Shown: piece after piece, positions 1 through 9,478 of the stretch
How positions within the stretch are numbered: the first letter of the stretch is position 1
How the letters are laid out: the number at the start of each line of letters is the position of its first letter
Assembly (NCBI GenBank): GCA_963843575.1
Contig: CAWJKZ010000023.1
Span: forward strand, 32,001-96,000
Origin: an uncultured Acidobacteriota bacterium
GTDB taxonomy: Bacteria; Acidobacteriota; UBA6911
DNA: 64,000 nt
Direction of reading: 5' to 3'
Notes under the pieces: model-generated
Seen by the model: only the letters and a program-made list of their open reading frames with translations
Databases searched by the model: none
What the model was told of the DNA's origin: nothing
Made by a program: the position numbers and the translations under genes

Positions 1-568
1 CGGCATACCGGTAGCGCTGCTGGTCGAGACGCCCGTTGACCGGGATGCGGCGGATTTCCCCGGCCGACTGCAGCTTGCCGAGCGCCAGCGGCAGCGTGGT
101 GGTTAGCCCTTTCTTCCTCCCTTCCTCTCCGAGGCTTCTTGCGGCGCCGGCTGTGACCTGCCGCAGTGCTTCCGGCTCAAGCGGCTCCTTCTCAAGAGCG
201 GCCACGATCCGATCCGAGAGCATGTCGATTTCCGCGTCGGTGACTCCGATCTTGCGGGCGATCTTCATGTCCGGCTCGTCGGCAAAACCCTGCCCGGTCT
301 TGAGGCCGAGCGCGAAGTCCGATGCAGGCAGGACATACGTGCAGCCGCGCGCGCTCGGGAGTTCGTGAATCTGCACGCTCGCGAGCGCCTCGTCCGCAGC
401 GGCCCGCGTGCAACCCGCGCGGGCAAACAGCGTCAGGTACGGGCCGACACCCCCGACCGACCTGGCCCACCCCGTCCGTTGCAGCACCTCGGCCGGCGTG
501 CACCCTTGCATACTTCCGTCCAGCCCCTGCCGGTGACTCCACCAAGCCTGAATCGTCGTTTCTTGCAT
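1..568 (-). CDS. Winged-helix HTH_42 family (YcaQ/AlkZ-like DNA glycosylase) protein, 3' end outside the window
   Basis: Not in the ORF track. Hand translation from ATG at 568 gives MQETTIQAWWSHRQGLDG...GWARSVGGVGPYLTLFAR...IHELPSARGCTYVLPASDF...RIPVNGRLDQQRYRYA, open to the window edge. Family call is by recalled resemblance. Confidence 0.6.
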   Translation of the reverse strand, partial: MQETTIQAWWSHRQGLDGSMQGCTPAEVLQRTGWARSVGGVGPYLTLFARAGCTRAAADEALASVQIHELPSARGCTYVLPASDFALGLKTGQGFADEPDMKIARKIGVTDAEIDMLSDRIVAALEKEPLEPEALRQVTAGAARSLGEEGRKKGLTTTLPLALGKLQSAGEIRRIPVNGRLDQQRYRYA

Positions 569-617
569 GTCCGTGATTCTATCAACCGGACGGTTGCGCG
601 TCACCTCTCCAGGCAAC

Positions 618-650
618 ATCCGCGTGAATCAGCGCAAATCCGCGTCCTGG
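618..650. repeat. ATCCGCGT/ACGCGGAT 10-bp-period dispersed repeat (family A), copy
   Basis: ATCCGCGT at 618 and 638, ATCAGCGC at 628; intergenic; same motif recurs elsewhere in the window. Confidence 0.7.
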
Positions 651-686
651 AATCTACAGTAACCAACGAATGGGACACCATCCTCC

Positions 687-1460
687 TCATACCAGTGGTC
701 CCTGAATGCCGAGTTTTTCAGCCAGCGCCTCGCGGTATCGGCGGCTGAGCGGCAGGACTTGACCACTCTGCAGGATGAGCTTGTAGTCGCCGTGCCAGTG
801 CGGTCTCAGCTCACGGATGCGGTCGAGGTTCACCACCGCAGAGCGATGGATACGTGCGAAACGTCCGGGATCGAGACCCGATTCGAGATGCGTCAGGCTG
901 TCCCGGACTATGTGACTCTGTTTTCCGGCGTGCACACAGACATAGTTGCCCGCCGCCTCCAGCCAGTCCACTTCCGCCGTATTGAGCAGGAGCACCCGTT
1001 CACCCGTCTTGACGACCAGCCTCTGGAGGTACGTCGGCTCCGCGCCGAACCGGCTCGCCAGCCGCCGGATCTGCTCGCTGATCTCGTCGGAGCCGTGCTC
1101 CCCGAGGCGGCGGCGGACCCTCTGCAAAGTCTCCTGGAATCGCAGTGGATCGAATGGCTTGAGCAGATAGTCCAGGGCCTCGGCTTCAAAGGCCTGAAGT
1201 GCGTAGGAATCGTAAGCCGTCACAAAAACCAGGGCCGGCAGGCGGCACGGGCCAATCGCCCGGATCACCTCAATGCCGTTCATCTCCGGCATCTGGATAT
1301 CCAGGAAGACCAGGTCCGGGTTCAGGTCATTGATCGCAGACACGGCCGCCCGCCCATCCGCGCACTCGCCGACCACGGTCACGTCCGATTCCCCCCGGAG
1401 CATGCGCCGGATGCGCTTGCGAGCGAGAGGTTCGTCGTCCACGATCAGCGCGCGGTACAC
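687..1460 (-). CDS. LytR/AlgR family response regulator (REC + LytTR)
   Basis: IVDDEPLAR, FLDIQMP, FVTAYD, DYLLKP receiver motifs; FARIHRSAVVN and LSRRY LytTR motifs; GTG start after AAAGGAGG. Confidence 0.95.
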   Translation of the reverse strand: MYRALIVDDEPLARKRIRRMLRGESDVTVVGECADGRAAVSAINDLNPDLVFLDIQMPEMNGIEVIRAIGPCRLPALVFVTAYDSYALQAFEAEALDYLLKPFDPLRFQETLQRVRRRLGEHGSDEISEQIRRLASRFGAEPTYLQRLVVKTGERVLLLNTAEVDWLEAAGNYVCVHAGKQSHIVRDSLTHLESGLDPGRFARIHRSAVVNLDRIRELRPHWHGDYKLILQSGQVLPLSRRYREALAEKLGIQGPLV

Positions 1461-1605
1461 GCGGCGGTCCTCCTTTGTTCACCATCCTATCCGATAATTG
1501 CCGCAAGGCCGACAACAAGTCGAAGTCCCCCGAGTTCCATGCCGGAAGCGGGGTTCGGGTTCAGCACCGTATCTGACCAGCAGAACCGGAAGGACAGTGC
1601 AGACC

Positions 1606-2751
1606 TCAACACGGAAGGTCAGGATCGTCGCCGCGTGGTGCGGGGATAGCGAGGCGGACTCTCCACCCGCCTTCGGGAGTTGCGCCATATTCCAGGCTGT
1701 AGTCTTCGCCGTAAAGTGATTTCAAGCGGTCGCGTGTGTTGCGCAGCCCCAGCCCTTCCGATGTCATCCCCGCTAGGCCCGCGGGACAGTCGTTGCAGAT
1801 CTCCAACTCGAGGTGTTCCGCATTCCGGCGGGTTACGATCCGCACCCGGCCCTGCCGGCTCAGCCGCGAGATGCCGTGGCGCACCGCATTCTCCGCCAGC
1901 GGCTGGAGAATCAGGACCGGCACCAGGCACGATCGCGTATCCGGTGCAATCTCGAAGTCCACGAGTATCCGGTCCTGGAACCGTATTTTCTCGATTTCCA
2001 GATAGAGCTCGAGAGTCTCCAGCTCCTTCCCGAGCGGCACAAGCGCCGCGTCCCGCCGGTCGAGAGAAAGCCGCAGGAGTTCGCTCAGCCGCGCGACCAT
2101 GCGCTCCGCTGCTGCGACGTCTTCGTACATGAGTTCCGATATGGAGTTCAGCGTGTTGAACAAAAAGTGAGGGTGCAGCTGCATGGTCAAAAGGTGGAGC
2201 CGTGCCTGCGCCAAACCAGACTCCAGCTGAATGCGATCGAGTTCGCTCTTGCGCAGCAGCTGGTAGTTCTGGCGTGCGGACACAAAACCCACCACGCACG
2301 CGTAGAAGAACATGAGTGACGTGAAATAGTAGGTCAGGACCTGCCACCAGACATGCCAAAACGGCACATCGGGCCGCCCTTCGATAAACGCGAAACCGTA
2401 CCGAAAGTGAAACGAGTAATAAGGTCCGAACACCACACCGATGAGGCGGTCCAGCATCGTGTAGAGCGCGGGGTGGATCATGCACACCAGGACTCCGCCG
2501 AGAACGATCGGAAGCGCGTGTCTCCACCACCGCTCACGTGCCAGCGGATAACGCCGTGCGAACCAGACGATGAGCGGGATCAGAATCCCGAAACAGGTCG
2601 CGGATGCCAGTTGAGCGAGAAACAGGTGGGCCCTGGTCGTGCCCGGCTGCCAGTTCCTCATCATCAGCACATGAATGAACTCGCCTAGTGCCATGAGGGC
2701 GATGGCTGCCAGGACGAGCAAGGCATTGTAACCAGCGCGCCTCAGGTTCAT
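1606..2751 (-). CDS. LytS/YehU family membrane sensor histidine kinase
   Basis: N-terminal TM helices; QLHPHFLFNTLNSI H-box; QPLAENAVRHG; GLGLRN; adjacent to the LytTR regulator. Confidence 0.95.
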   Translation of the reverse strand: MNLRRAGYNALLVLAAIALMALGEFIHVLMMRNWQPGTTRAHLFLAQLASATCFGILIPLIVWFARRYPLARERWWRHALPIVLGGVLVCMIHPALYTMLDRLIGVVFGPYYSFHFRYGFAFIEGRPDVPFWHVWWQVLTYYFTSLMFFYACVVGFVSARQNYQLLRKSELDRIQLESGLAQARLHLLTMQLHPHFLFNTLNSISELMYEDVAAAERMVARLSELLRLSLDRRDAALVPLGKELETLELYLEIEKIRFQDRILVDFEIAPDTRSCLVPVLILQPLAENAVRHGISRLSRQGRVRIVTRRNAEHLELEICNDCPAGLAGMTSEGLGLRNTRDRLKSLYGEDYSLEYGATPEGGWRVRLAIPAPRGDDPDLPC

Positions 2752-2778
2752 GCGGCCTCCCTTTGAACGCTGTCCGTT

Positions 2779-3546
2779 TCAGCTGGCTCGGTACGCACCC
2801 TGGTTGAACGCCATCCGGTGTCGCACGAGGCGGGCCAACTCTATTCTGCCGCGATGCACCCGGGATTTTACAGTGCCCACCGGTGTATTCAGCAATAGTG
2901 CGATCTCGTCGTAGTGCAGGCCCTCGACGTCGCGCAGGACGACCGCTTCCCGCAGCTCCGTGCAAAGCAGCAGGAGTCCCGCGCGCAGCGCAGCTATCCT
3001 CTCCTGTTTCTCGATACCGGAATCGGGATGGATTCGAATCGAAGGCTCCGGACAGGTGCCGCCTTGCGCGCCTTCGCTTTGAGTGAAAGAGAGGGCCTTG
3101 TTTCGCTCCCGGGATTCTCTGCGATAAGTGTCGATCAGCATGTTGCGGGTGATCCTGCTCACCCACGCGCGAAAACCGCCCCTTTCGTCTCGAAAAGAGT
3201 GGAGTGTCTGAAACACTCTGATGAAGACTTCCTGGGTCACGTCCTCGGCCTTTTCACGCGAGCCCACCCAACGGGAGCAGGTGCGGAGAATCCAACCGAC
3301 ATTGCCCTGGACCAGGCGCTCCCAGGCTACGGCATCGCCCAGCTGAGCGCTTCGAATCGTCTCGCGCTCGCACCCGAAACCGTCTTCCCATTGTCGACGG
3401 GTCCGGGGCGTGGCGTCCGTGTTCGGGATTGCCTTCGATCGGGGCGCCTCAACCCTGTGGGGCTTTGCAGTCCCGGTCTTGATGAGGCAGGGGGGCCGCG
3501 GAATCGTGGCACAGGAGGCAGGTTGCAGGCTCTCGATGGTATCCAT
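2779..3546 (-). CDS. ECF (sigma-70 group 4) sigma factor
   Basis: AEDVTQEVFIRVF region 2; LREAVVLRDVEGLHYDEIA...GTVKSRVHRGR region 4; start uncertain (ATG 3546 chosen). Confidence 0.9.
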   Translation of the reverse strand: MDTIESLQPASCATIPRPPCLIKTGTAKPHRVEAPRSKAIPNTDATPRTRRQWEDGFGCERETIRSAQLGDAVAWERLVQGNVGWILRTCSRWVGSREKAEDVTQEVFIRVFQTLHSFRDERGGFRAWVSRITRNMLIDTYRRESRERNKALSFTQSEGAQGGTCPEPSIRIHPDSGIEKQERIAALRAGLLLLCTELREAVVLRDVEGLHYDEIALLLNTPVGTVKSRVHRGRIELARLVRHRMAFNQGAYRAS

Positions 3547-3754
3547 AATCTGGTTCCACCTTAGGCGGATCCAGTTTCTGCTCCAACCGGATTGTGACGA
3601 AAGGTGGTCCGGGCGTGACGAGCGGGTTCCCGGCAGGGCCATCCGGACGCCTGGTCTGCGGCGTGTTGCCTGCACCCGGCGCTATCGCCATTGAAGCGCC
3701 AGGGGAGTCTCCGCACCGGTCGCGGGCAGACCGCGGACTTTGAATACGACAGCG

Positions 3755-3918
3755 TTATTTCGGACGCGGATGTACGCAGATGCTCGCAGATCACGAAGGC
3801 ATTGTTGACCGGCCGCGCCCGGCGGTCCGTGTGAACCCGTGACTGTCAACGATAAACCTAGTTGTTTCCCCCGGCCGCGGGGCCTTTCTTTACCCGCGTC
3901 CATCCGCGTCCGAAAAAA
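3755..3918. repeat. Family A repeat element with inverted ends (REPIN-like)
   Basis: ACGCGGAT/ACGCAGAT/TCGCAGAT at 3764, 3774, 3784 face ACCCGCGT/ATCCGCGT at 3892, 3902; flanks TTTCGG and CCGAAA are complementary. Confidence 0.65.
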
Positions 3919-3985
3919 CAATTTCGTATTTATGTCATTGACCACTTAGAATCCAGGGGACGACCTCAATTGGAGCGAGAGGCTT

Positions 3986-5938
3986 ATGCGCAGGAAACTC
4001 ATGGTCTTGGTGTCCGTCTGTCTGCTGAGCGTTTCTGCTGTTACTTGCAGGCGCGAAACCGCTCCTCAGCCCGATGGGGCGGTGCCGGGGGCCGATATGG
4101 CCCAAGAACGGGAGGCTCTTCCTTACCGGGTTCTTGTTGTCATCGGTGACCAGTGGAAGGATCCTGGCAGCTACACGATAAGCATGCGTACCGGGGCGCC
4201 GGAGTTTTGTGACGTCGTCAACATGCTCAAAGTGTGGGGCGTCCCTTTCGACATCCTGCGGCTCGATCAGCAGCGTCTGCAGATAAACAGGTTTCTCGAT
4301 GGGATCGCGAAACCACGGTACAGTTGCATCATATGGCTTGCCGATCCGAACAAGCTCAGCGGTATGTCGGCCCATTACGATACCGTGCGCCGCGCCATCG
4401 AAGAGTATCACATGAGCTTCATAGCGCTCTTCGACTTCATCAATGCTCCTGAAATAGCAAACCTGGTGGGCGTGAATCTCCAGGGTGCTGAATCCCCTTC
4501 AAATACGGCTCAGCGGCCGGCCTTCACGATCGCAAAAGAGCATTTCCTGACCGAAGGACTGGTCGGGACCGTGTTCTCTGACGAAAATGCGGCAGTCGTC
4601 AAGGGCAGCCTGCTGGACGGCGCCACTGCGCTGGCGAGCTTCGGGCCGTATTCGCAGCTTGTGACGAGGGACATCGGGGACCACACGAAAACGGTGTGGA
4701 TAGGCGGCGGGCACGAATGGTTCAGGAAGTATCCCGCGATGAGACAGATGTTCAGGCGGGCGCTTGTTTACACCATGGGATATGGACTGTTCAACGACAA
4801 CTTCGAAAACGCCGTGATGCTCGTGATGGATGACATAGGCGCATCCGAGCACGCCTACAGCCTCCAATGGCATTACCCGACACCCAGCAAGGAAGTGCTG
4901 TTAAAGAGCCTGATAGAGCCGCTCGACAAGTACGGCTTCGTGATGGTGCAGAATGTCACCCCCGGATATGCCAATCCCCAGACGAGAATGATCGAATCGC
5001 CGTGGGAAAGGGAAAAGTTCACGGACCCGTTCGGAAACGTGCAGGACTACGCCTCCACGAAGGAGGGTCTGGACGAGGGGGTGCGCAGGGGCGTCTTTGA
5101 GATACAGCCGCATCGCGCGTGGACGCACGTGACCTGGGATCTTGACTCACCTCCGGGACCTTACTGGGATGGAGGAGTGGAGGGCATAATGGCCCATCCC
5201 GACTGGTACCAGGAGACCTTGGATCAGATACGGAAGCAGGCGGTGCCCTCGAACGATATGCTGTTCATCTATAAAACCGGAAGAGACGCAGTCGAAAAGC
5301 AGTTCGGGGTGACGCCGCTGGCGACGACGGTCAGGCCGGAAGATCAATGGTATGGCGACGGATACGGGCGGCTGGCTGCGGTTGCGGGATACGGGGTGGG
5401 GAGACGTCAATACATAGGAAATGATTACCTGATTCAATTTAACATGATGCAGCCGGAGCTGCTCGGGTGCCACGACATAGACCTCGTGCCCAAAACGGAT
5501 TCGGAGATCATAGCGGCGGTCCGGGAACCCTGGCCCTGGACGAATGAGCTGAGGGCCAAGTTGAAGGCGGCGAGAATCGTCGGAACGAAGAATGCGGGGC
5601 TGGATTTCGGCAAAACCGACTGGATCGAATCGAGGAAAAACAAGAAGTGGATGGGATACAACGAGCTTTGCGCATACCTGCACAGCGACATCGAGACGAA
5701 GCCGAAAGAGCGGCTGACGTTACTGCTCAATTACGACCAGCACTACTGCAGACATTTCGAGAAGAAAACATCGGCGTGGACGCTGGAGTTATCCGACGGC
5801 TTCAGGAAAACCCTCGGAGCCGGGGGATCGATCCACATCGACGGCAGATCGACCGGGATTACCCCGCGATCCAGGCAGGTGCTCGAGATCCCGGCCGGCC
5901 TTGGCACCAGGACGGTCGAAATCAGAAGCGGGCAGTGA
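3986..5938 (+). CDS. Exported/lipoprotein hypothetical protein, possibly polysaccharide deacetylase-like
   Basis: 650-aa ORF after GAGAGG; signal peptide ending ...SAVTC; MLVMDDIG resembles the NodB DD motif; function unsupported beyond this. Confidence 0.6.
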   Translation: MRRKLMVLVSVCLLSVSAVTCRRETAPQPDGAVPGADMAQEREALPYRVLVVIGDQWKDPGSYTISMRTGAPEFCDVVNMLKVWGVPFDILRLDQQRLQINRFLDGIAKPRYSCIIWLADPNKLSGMSAHYDTVRRAIEEYHMSFIALFDFINAPEIANLVGVNLQGAESPSNTAQRPAFTIAKEHFLTEGLVGTVFSDENAAVVKGSLLDGATALASFGPYSQLVTRDIGDHTKTVWIGGGHEWFRKYPAMRQMFRRALVYTMGYGLFNDNFENAVMLVMDDIGASEHAYSLQWHYPTPSKEVLLKSLIEPLDKYGFVMVQNVTPGYANPQTRMIESPWEREKFTDPFGNVQDYASTKEGLDEGVRRGVFEIQPHRAWTHVTWDLDSPPGPYWDGGVEGIMAHPDWYQETLDQIRKQAVPSNDMLFIYKTGRDAVEKQFGVTPLATTVRPEDQWYGDGYGRLAAVAGYGVGRRQYIGNDYLIQFNMMQPELLGCHDIDLVPKTDSEIIAAVREPWPWTNELRAKLKAARIVGTKNAGLDFGKTDWIESRKNKKWMGYNELCAYLHSDIETKPKERLTLLLNYDQHYCRHFEKKTSAWTLELSDGFRKTLGAGGSIHIDGRSTGITPRSRQVLEIPAGLGTRTVEIRSGQ

Positions 5939-5964
5939 ATCTACATGCGCCCCGTCCTGTGTAG

Positions 5965-5982
5965 ATCCGCGGAAATCCGCGT
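5965..5982. repeat. Family A repeat, copy
   Basis: ATCCGCGG 5965 and ATCCGCGT 5975, between convergent genes. Confidence 0.6.
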
Positions 5983-6010
5983 CCCGCTTTTGTCTTCGCC
6001 CCCCCGCCGC

Positions 6011-7138
6011 TCAGGGATGCACCTTTGCGTTGGAGTCATTCGTGTCGCGGTTGTCGGAAACATATCCGGCAGGCGCCGCACAGGCCTGGTAGGGTCTGGT
6101 CAGATCGCCGAAACCATCGCCGTCCTCATCCTTGAAGAAGGTCTTGACGCTGCAGTCTCCAGCCTTTATCGTCTGGTCCAAAGCCCTCAGCAAAGACAGA
6201 TCGCCGCTGGCATCAGAGGCGATTTCCCATATCATCACCCCGCCCAGTTTTTGTTTGGCGAGCTCCGTCTTCCTCACAATGGTCGGTATCCCGTTATAGA
6301 ACCTCATGCCGGCGGCATCCTGGTAGGATAGATCCGGTTTGCCCTCTATAATCTCGCGGAAATCGATATATCGGGCCGGCGGGGTGAAATCGAAGCCGTA
6401 AAACGGCACACCGAGAACGATGCGATCGGCCGGCAGTTTGCATTTCTCGGTCCAGAAGACAATGGCTTCCTCCGCATATGAATAGGGTGAGTGAGGCCCG
6501 ATCTCGTTTGGGCTCCATATCCCGGTCTTGTCGTACACCATCACATTGATGAAATCATAGGAATCGATGGCTTCCTGGGTGATTGATTCGTGCAGGTGTG
6601 TTGCTCCGAGGGCGGCGGTAATTCCCTTCCCCTTTGCATGCAGGGCTTTTTTCAGCTCGACCACGAAAGGATTGTACAGTTCGCGAATCGTAGGCAGGAG
6701 GTTGCCCTCGATGTCTACATCCACCCCATCGAGATGGTTTTGTTCGACATAGTCGGCAACGTGTTTTACGAATGCCTGTCTGTTTTGCGGCTGCAGGACG
6801 GATTGCCAGATCGCGGTGTCCGGGCGGCCGCCTCCGGCAAGCGACACAAACACTTTCAGCCCGGCATCATGCCCCTTCTTGACGACGGGAGCGATGTCAG
6901 AGTGTCTGTCAAAAGCGAGATTCCCCTCTTTGTCCGGGTTGGCAAAGGCGAGGTTCAGGTATGTGAGCCTGTTCAGCTCCAGGTCGTCGACGCGGTTGAA
7001 ATTTCCACCGCCCAGATAGCCGACGACCTTGAAGGTAGTGTCCTTGGTGTATACGTCAGGCCCGTAACCGACCTGTTTTGGCTGGCAGGAAGCGGATAGA
7101 AAGAGGAGTGCAACCAGGGGCAGGCGTAATATTCTCAT
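6011..7138 (-). CDS. GH18 chitinase-like lipoprotein with a C-terminal DxDGDGFG (MopE-type metal-binding) repeat
   Basis: SLAGG, catalytic DGVDVDIE (DxxDxDxE), NVMVYD, LGVPFYG, GGVMIWE; lipobox-like LSASC; C-terminus FFKDEDGDGFGD...CAAPAGYV; GAGGAG before ATG 7138. Confidence 0.9.
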   Translation of the reverse strand: MRILRLPLVALLFLSASCQPKQVGYGPDVYTKDTTFKVVGYLGGGNFNRVDDLELNRLTYLNLAFANPDKEGNLAFDRHSDIAPVVKKGHDAGLKVFVSLAGGGRPDTAIWQSVLQPQNRQAFVKHVADYVEQNHLDGVDVDIEGNLLPTIRELYNPFVVELKKALHAKGKGITAALGATHLHESITQEAIDSYDFINVMVYDKTGIWSPNEIGPHSPYSYAEEAIVFWTEKCKLPADRIVLGVPFYGFDFTPPARYIDFREIIEGKPDLSYQDAAGMRFYNGIPTIVRKTELAKQKLGGVMIWEIASDASGDLSLLRALDQTIKAGDCSVKTFFKDEDGDGFGDLTRPYQACAAPAGYVSDNRDTNDSNAKVHP

Positions 7139-7185
7139 GGGATAGATCTCCTCGGTACTCGTGTTCATAAATGCGCTTTTCCGGA

Positions 7186-7213
7186 ACGCGGATTTGCGCG
7201 GATGAACGCGGCT
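7186..7213. repeat. Family A repeat, copy
   Basis: ACGCGGAT, GCGCGGAT, ACGCGGCT at 10-bp spacing. Confidence 0.65.
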
Positions 7214-7240
7214 ATTGACTTGGTGACAAGCCGCGCCCGG

Positions 7241-8863
7241 CTATTTTGCTGCCGCCAGCGCGACATCGCCCTGGGTCTTGGCCGGAGTGAATATCCCGAT
7301 CACCCCGCGAAGCCCGACGGTCATCACGATGTTTCCGAAGAACGAGAGGAAACCGACGAGCAGGAGGCAACCCGACAGCCCGGCGAGGATCATGTAGACG
7401 TTGAACTCGCCGTTGACGTAAAGCGATCGTCGGAGCATCCCGTTCAGCCCGGCCATGCCCATGAACGCGCCCATCCCTATGCCGCCGACAAGATGCGACC
7501 AGAAGTGAAATGTCGCGAGTTTCTGGCTGTAGAGCTTGGCATTGTTGGTCAGGATCGGGAAAAGCACATAGAAAGCCGAGTACAGGGTCATCGTCAAACC
7601 GACCAGCACGGCCACGTGGACGTGGGGTCCGACGATCCACTGGGTGTTGTGGAGGATGCGATTCAATCCTACGTCCGCCTGCATAATGCCGGCCGGAACG
7701 GCGAGGGCGAATCCGAGGAGGCCGCCGAGGAGAAAGCGCAGTTCGTTCGTCATTTTCAAAGGGCGGGCGCTCCAGAGCGTCGCCAGGGTGATGAAGAAGG
7801 CGAGCCCCTGGGTGATCAGTTCGAATGCCGTGACCATCTCGCCCGACACCACCTTGAGAATCGCCGGCTGGGCCTGATCCGAAAGGAGGTGATGCGACCA
7901 GACGGTCCAGGACACGACCATTTCGACGAAAAGAGCCGCGCGTGCGATATTCTGCATGAAGAGATTCTTGCCGGTGATCATGGTGGCGAGCAGATACCAC
8001 GCACCGGCGACGAAGATCAGCACCAGCCCGTCGGCGATCAGGTCAAGACCCCACCAGAACCAGTTCTTGTAGAGCAGGGCGTCGACGGCCGTCCGGCGCA
8101 GGTCGTAACCGAGAAGGGATCCGATCATGTAGACGAGTATCAGGACTCCGGTGAACAGGATGATGCCCGAATTGAGGGCCATGTCCACCGTGCCCCGGGC
8201 GATGGCGGCGGCGGGAAGCGGCACGAGGTGTTCCTTCTTTTGTTTCGCAAAGAGGTTTGTCAATCCCGTCCATCCGATCGCCGAGGCGAGGAGGCTGCCC
8301 GACGGCTGCTTTTCGAATCCTGCGGGCGTGTAAGCGATCGTCGCGAAGACGTTGATGATGAAAAACACCGTGCCGACCATCACCAGCGCGATGCCCACGA
8401 TGAATATCGTCCCACCCCAGACGCTGAATTGGCTGAAATCGGCGGGCAACGGCCAGTAGAGCGTGTAGAGCGGGGCATAGTGTGAAACAAAACCGGCTCC
8501 CCAGAAGACGAAGGTCCCGACGCCGACCAGCGCCATGGTCCAGACCGCGAGCTTGTGGCTCCAGAGCGGTTTCTTCATGAGGAATGGAACCAGGAACAGG
8601 AAGGCCCCGAACACGATCGAATAGGTGGACCCGAAGATTCCGATCAGCGGATGAGCGGTCAGGATAGCGAAGAACTGATTCTTGTCGATGATCGGGATCG
8701 GCTTGATCTCGTAGACCCTCATGATCATGCCCTCGAAAACGGCGAAGCCGTAGTAGATCAGCCCGATCACAACAAACCTGAGAGTGTTCTTCTGCATCGG
8801 CGTCAGGGTGTCCGGTTTAAAGGAGGCCTGTTCGCCTGCGAGCAAGGTATCGATGAATGCCAT
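7241..8863 (-). CDS. Heme-copper oxidase superfamily subunit I, atypical active site (gNOR-like putative nitric oxide reductase)
   Basis: About 12 hydrophobic segments; heme ligands in TAHP and GPHVHV; WSHHL pair; helix VI reads IADGLVL instead of GHPxVY; GAGGA before ATG 8863. Confidence 0.85.
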   Translation of the reverse strand: MAFIDTLLAGEQASFKPDTLTPMQKNTLRFVVIGLIYYGFAVFEGMIMRVYEIKPIPIIDKNQFFAILTAHPLIGIFGSTYSIVFGAFLFLVPFLMKKPLWSHKLAVWTMALVGVGTFVFWGAGFVSHYAPLYTLYWPLPADFSQFSVWGGTIFIVGIALVMVGTVFFIINVFATIAYTPAGFEKQPSGSLLASAIGWTGLTNLFAKQKKEHLVPLPAAAIARGTVDMALNSGIILFTGVLILVYMIGSLLGYDLRRTAVDALLYKNWFWWGLDLIADGLVLIFVAGAWYLLATMITGKNLFMQNIARAALFVEMVVSWTVWSHHLLSDQAQPAILKVVSGEMVTAFELITQGLAFFITLATLWSARPLKMTNELRFLLGGLLGFALAVPAGIMQADVGLNRILHNTQWIVGPHVHVAVLVGLTMTLYSAFYVLFPILTNNAKLYSQKLATFHFWSHLVGGIGMGAFMGMAGLNGMLRRSLYVNGEFNVYMILAGLSGCLLLVGFLSFFGNIVMTVGLRGVIGIFTPAKTQGDVALAAAK

Positions 8864-8891
8864 GTTTCTGTCCTCGATCTGAACGTGCGCG

Positions 8892-9455
8892 TCAGTTGGA
8901 TTTCCCGGCTCCCACCACCGTGAATGCATCTTCGACGATCATGTTTGCGCCTCTTGGTCCGGAATACTCCGTCGATCGGATCGAATACGTTCCAGGCTTC
9001 TCGAAGCGCCAGAGGATGTCGTTTCGATGCCCCGGCACGACCTGCAGCTGGAACAGCATGGAGTTGTCTTTGCGGAACAGACCGAAGCCGTAAGTCAGGT
9101 CGTTGGACTTGATGTCGAAAAGAACCAGATCGCCTTCCGTCGCCACCATCTTTTCGGGAGGCAGCTGGAACTCGTGATTTGCGACCGTAATGTCGAACGT
9201 TTTGTCGGGACGATAGTCGCCCCGGTTCAGATCCACTTTGGCCCACGGAATCGTATTGTAAGTAATGATGTGCAGCGACACCCCGAGAACGGCGAGGAAG
9301 AGGACAAACGAATAGAAAACCCAGGGTTTGACGGGGGTCCCTTTCCCGGTTCGGGTTATGTTCAGCGCGAACCAGCTCATCAGCAGGATGATGGCCACGC
9401 AATACAACGTGTAAGCGATGGTCTGTCCATACAGAACGATCTCAGAATCAACCAT
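8892..9455 (-). CDS. Heme-copper oxidase subunit II-like cupredoxin lacking CuA ligands
   Basis: Two TM helices then a cupredoxin domain; SNDLTYGFG and YSIRSTEYSGPRGANM replace DVxHGF and CxExCGxxHxxM; GGAGG before ATG 9455 (3' part of ORF 8892..10130). Confidence 0.85.
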   Translation of the reverse strand: MVDSEIVLYGQTIAYTLYCVAIILLMSWFALNITRTGKGTPVKPWVFYSFVLFLAVLGVSLHIITYNTIPWAKVDLNRGDYRPDKTFDITVANHEFQLPPEKMVATEGDLVLFDIKSNDLTYGFGLFRKDNSMLFQLQVVPGHRNDILWRFEKPGTYSIRSTEYSGPRGANMIVEDAFTVVGAGKSN

Positions 9456-9478
9456 TTTCGCCTCCAGCAAATCCCTGT

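Noticed and set aside
6011-7138. Chitinase as a Tc toxin component, as in the Yersinia entomophaga complex
   Set aside because: It lies 27 kb away, is a predicted lipoprotein and shows no linkage.
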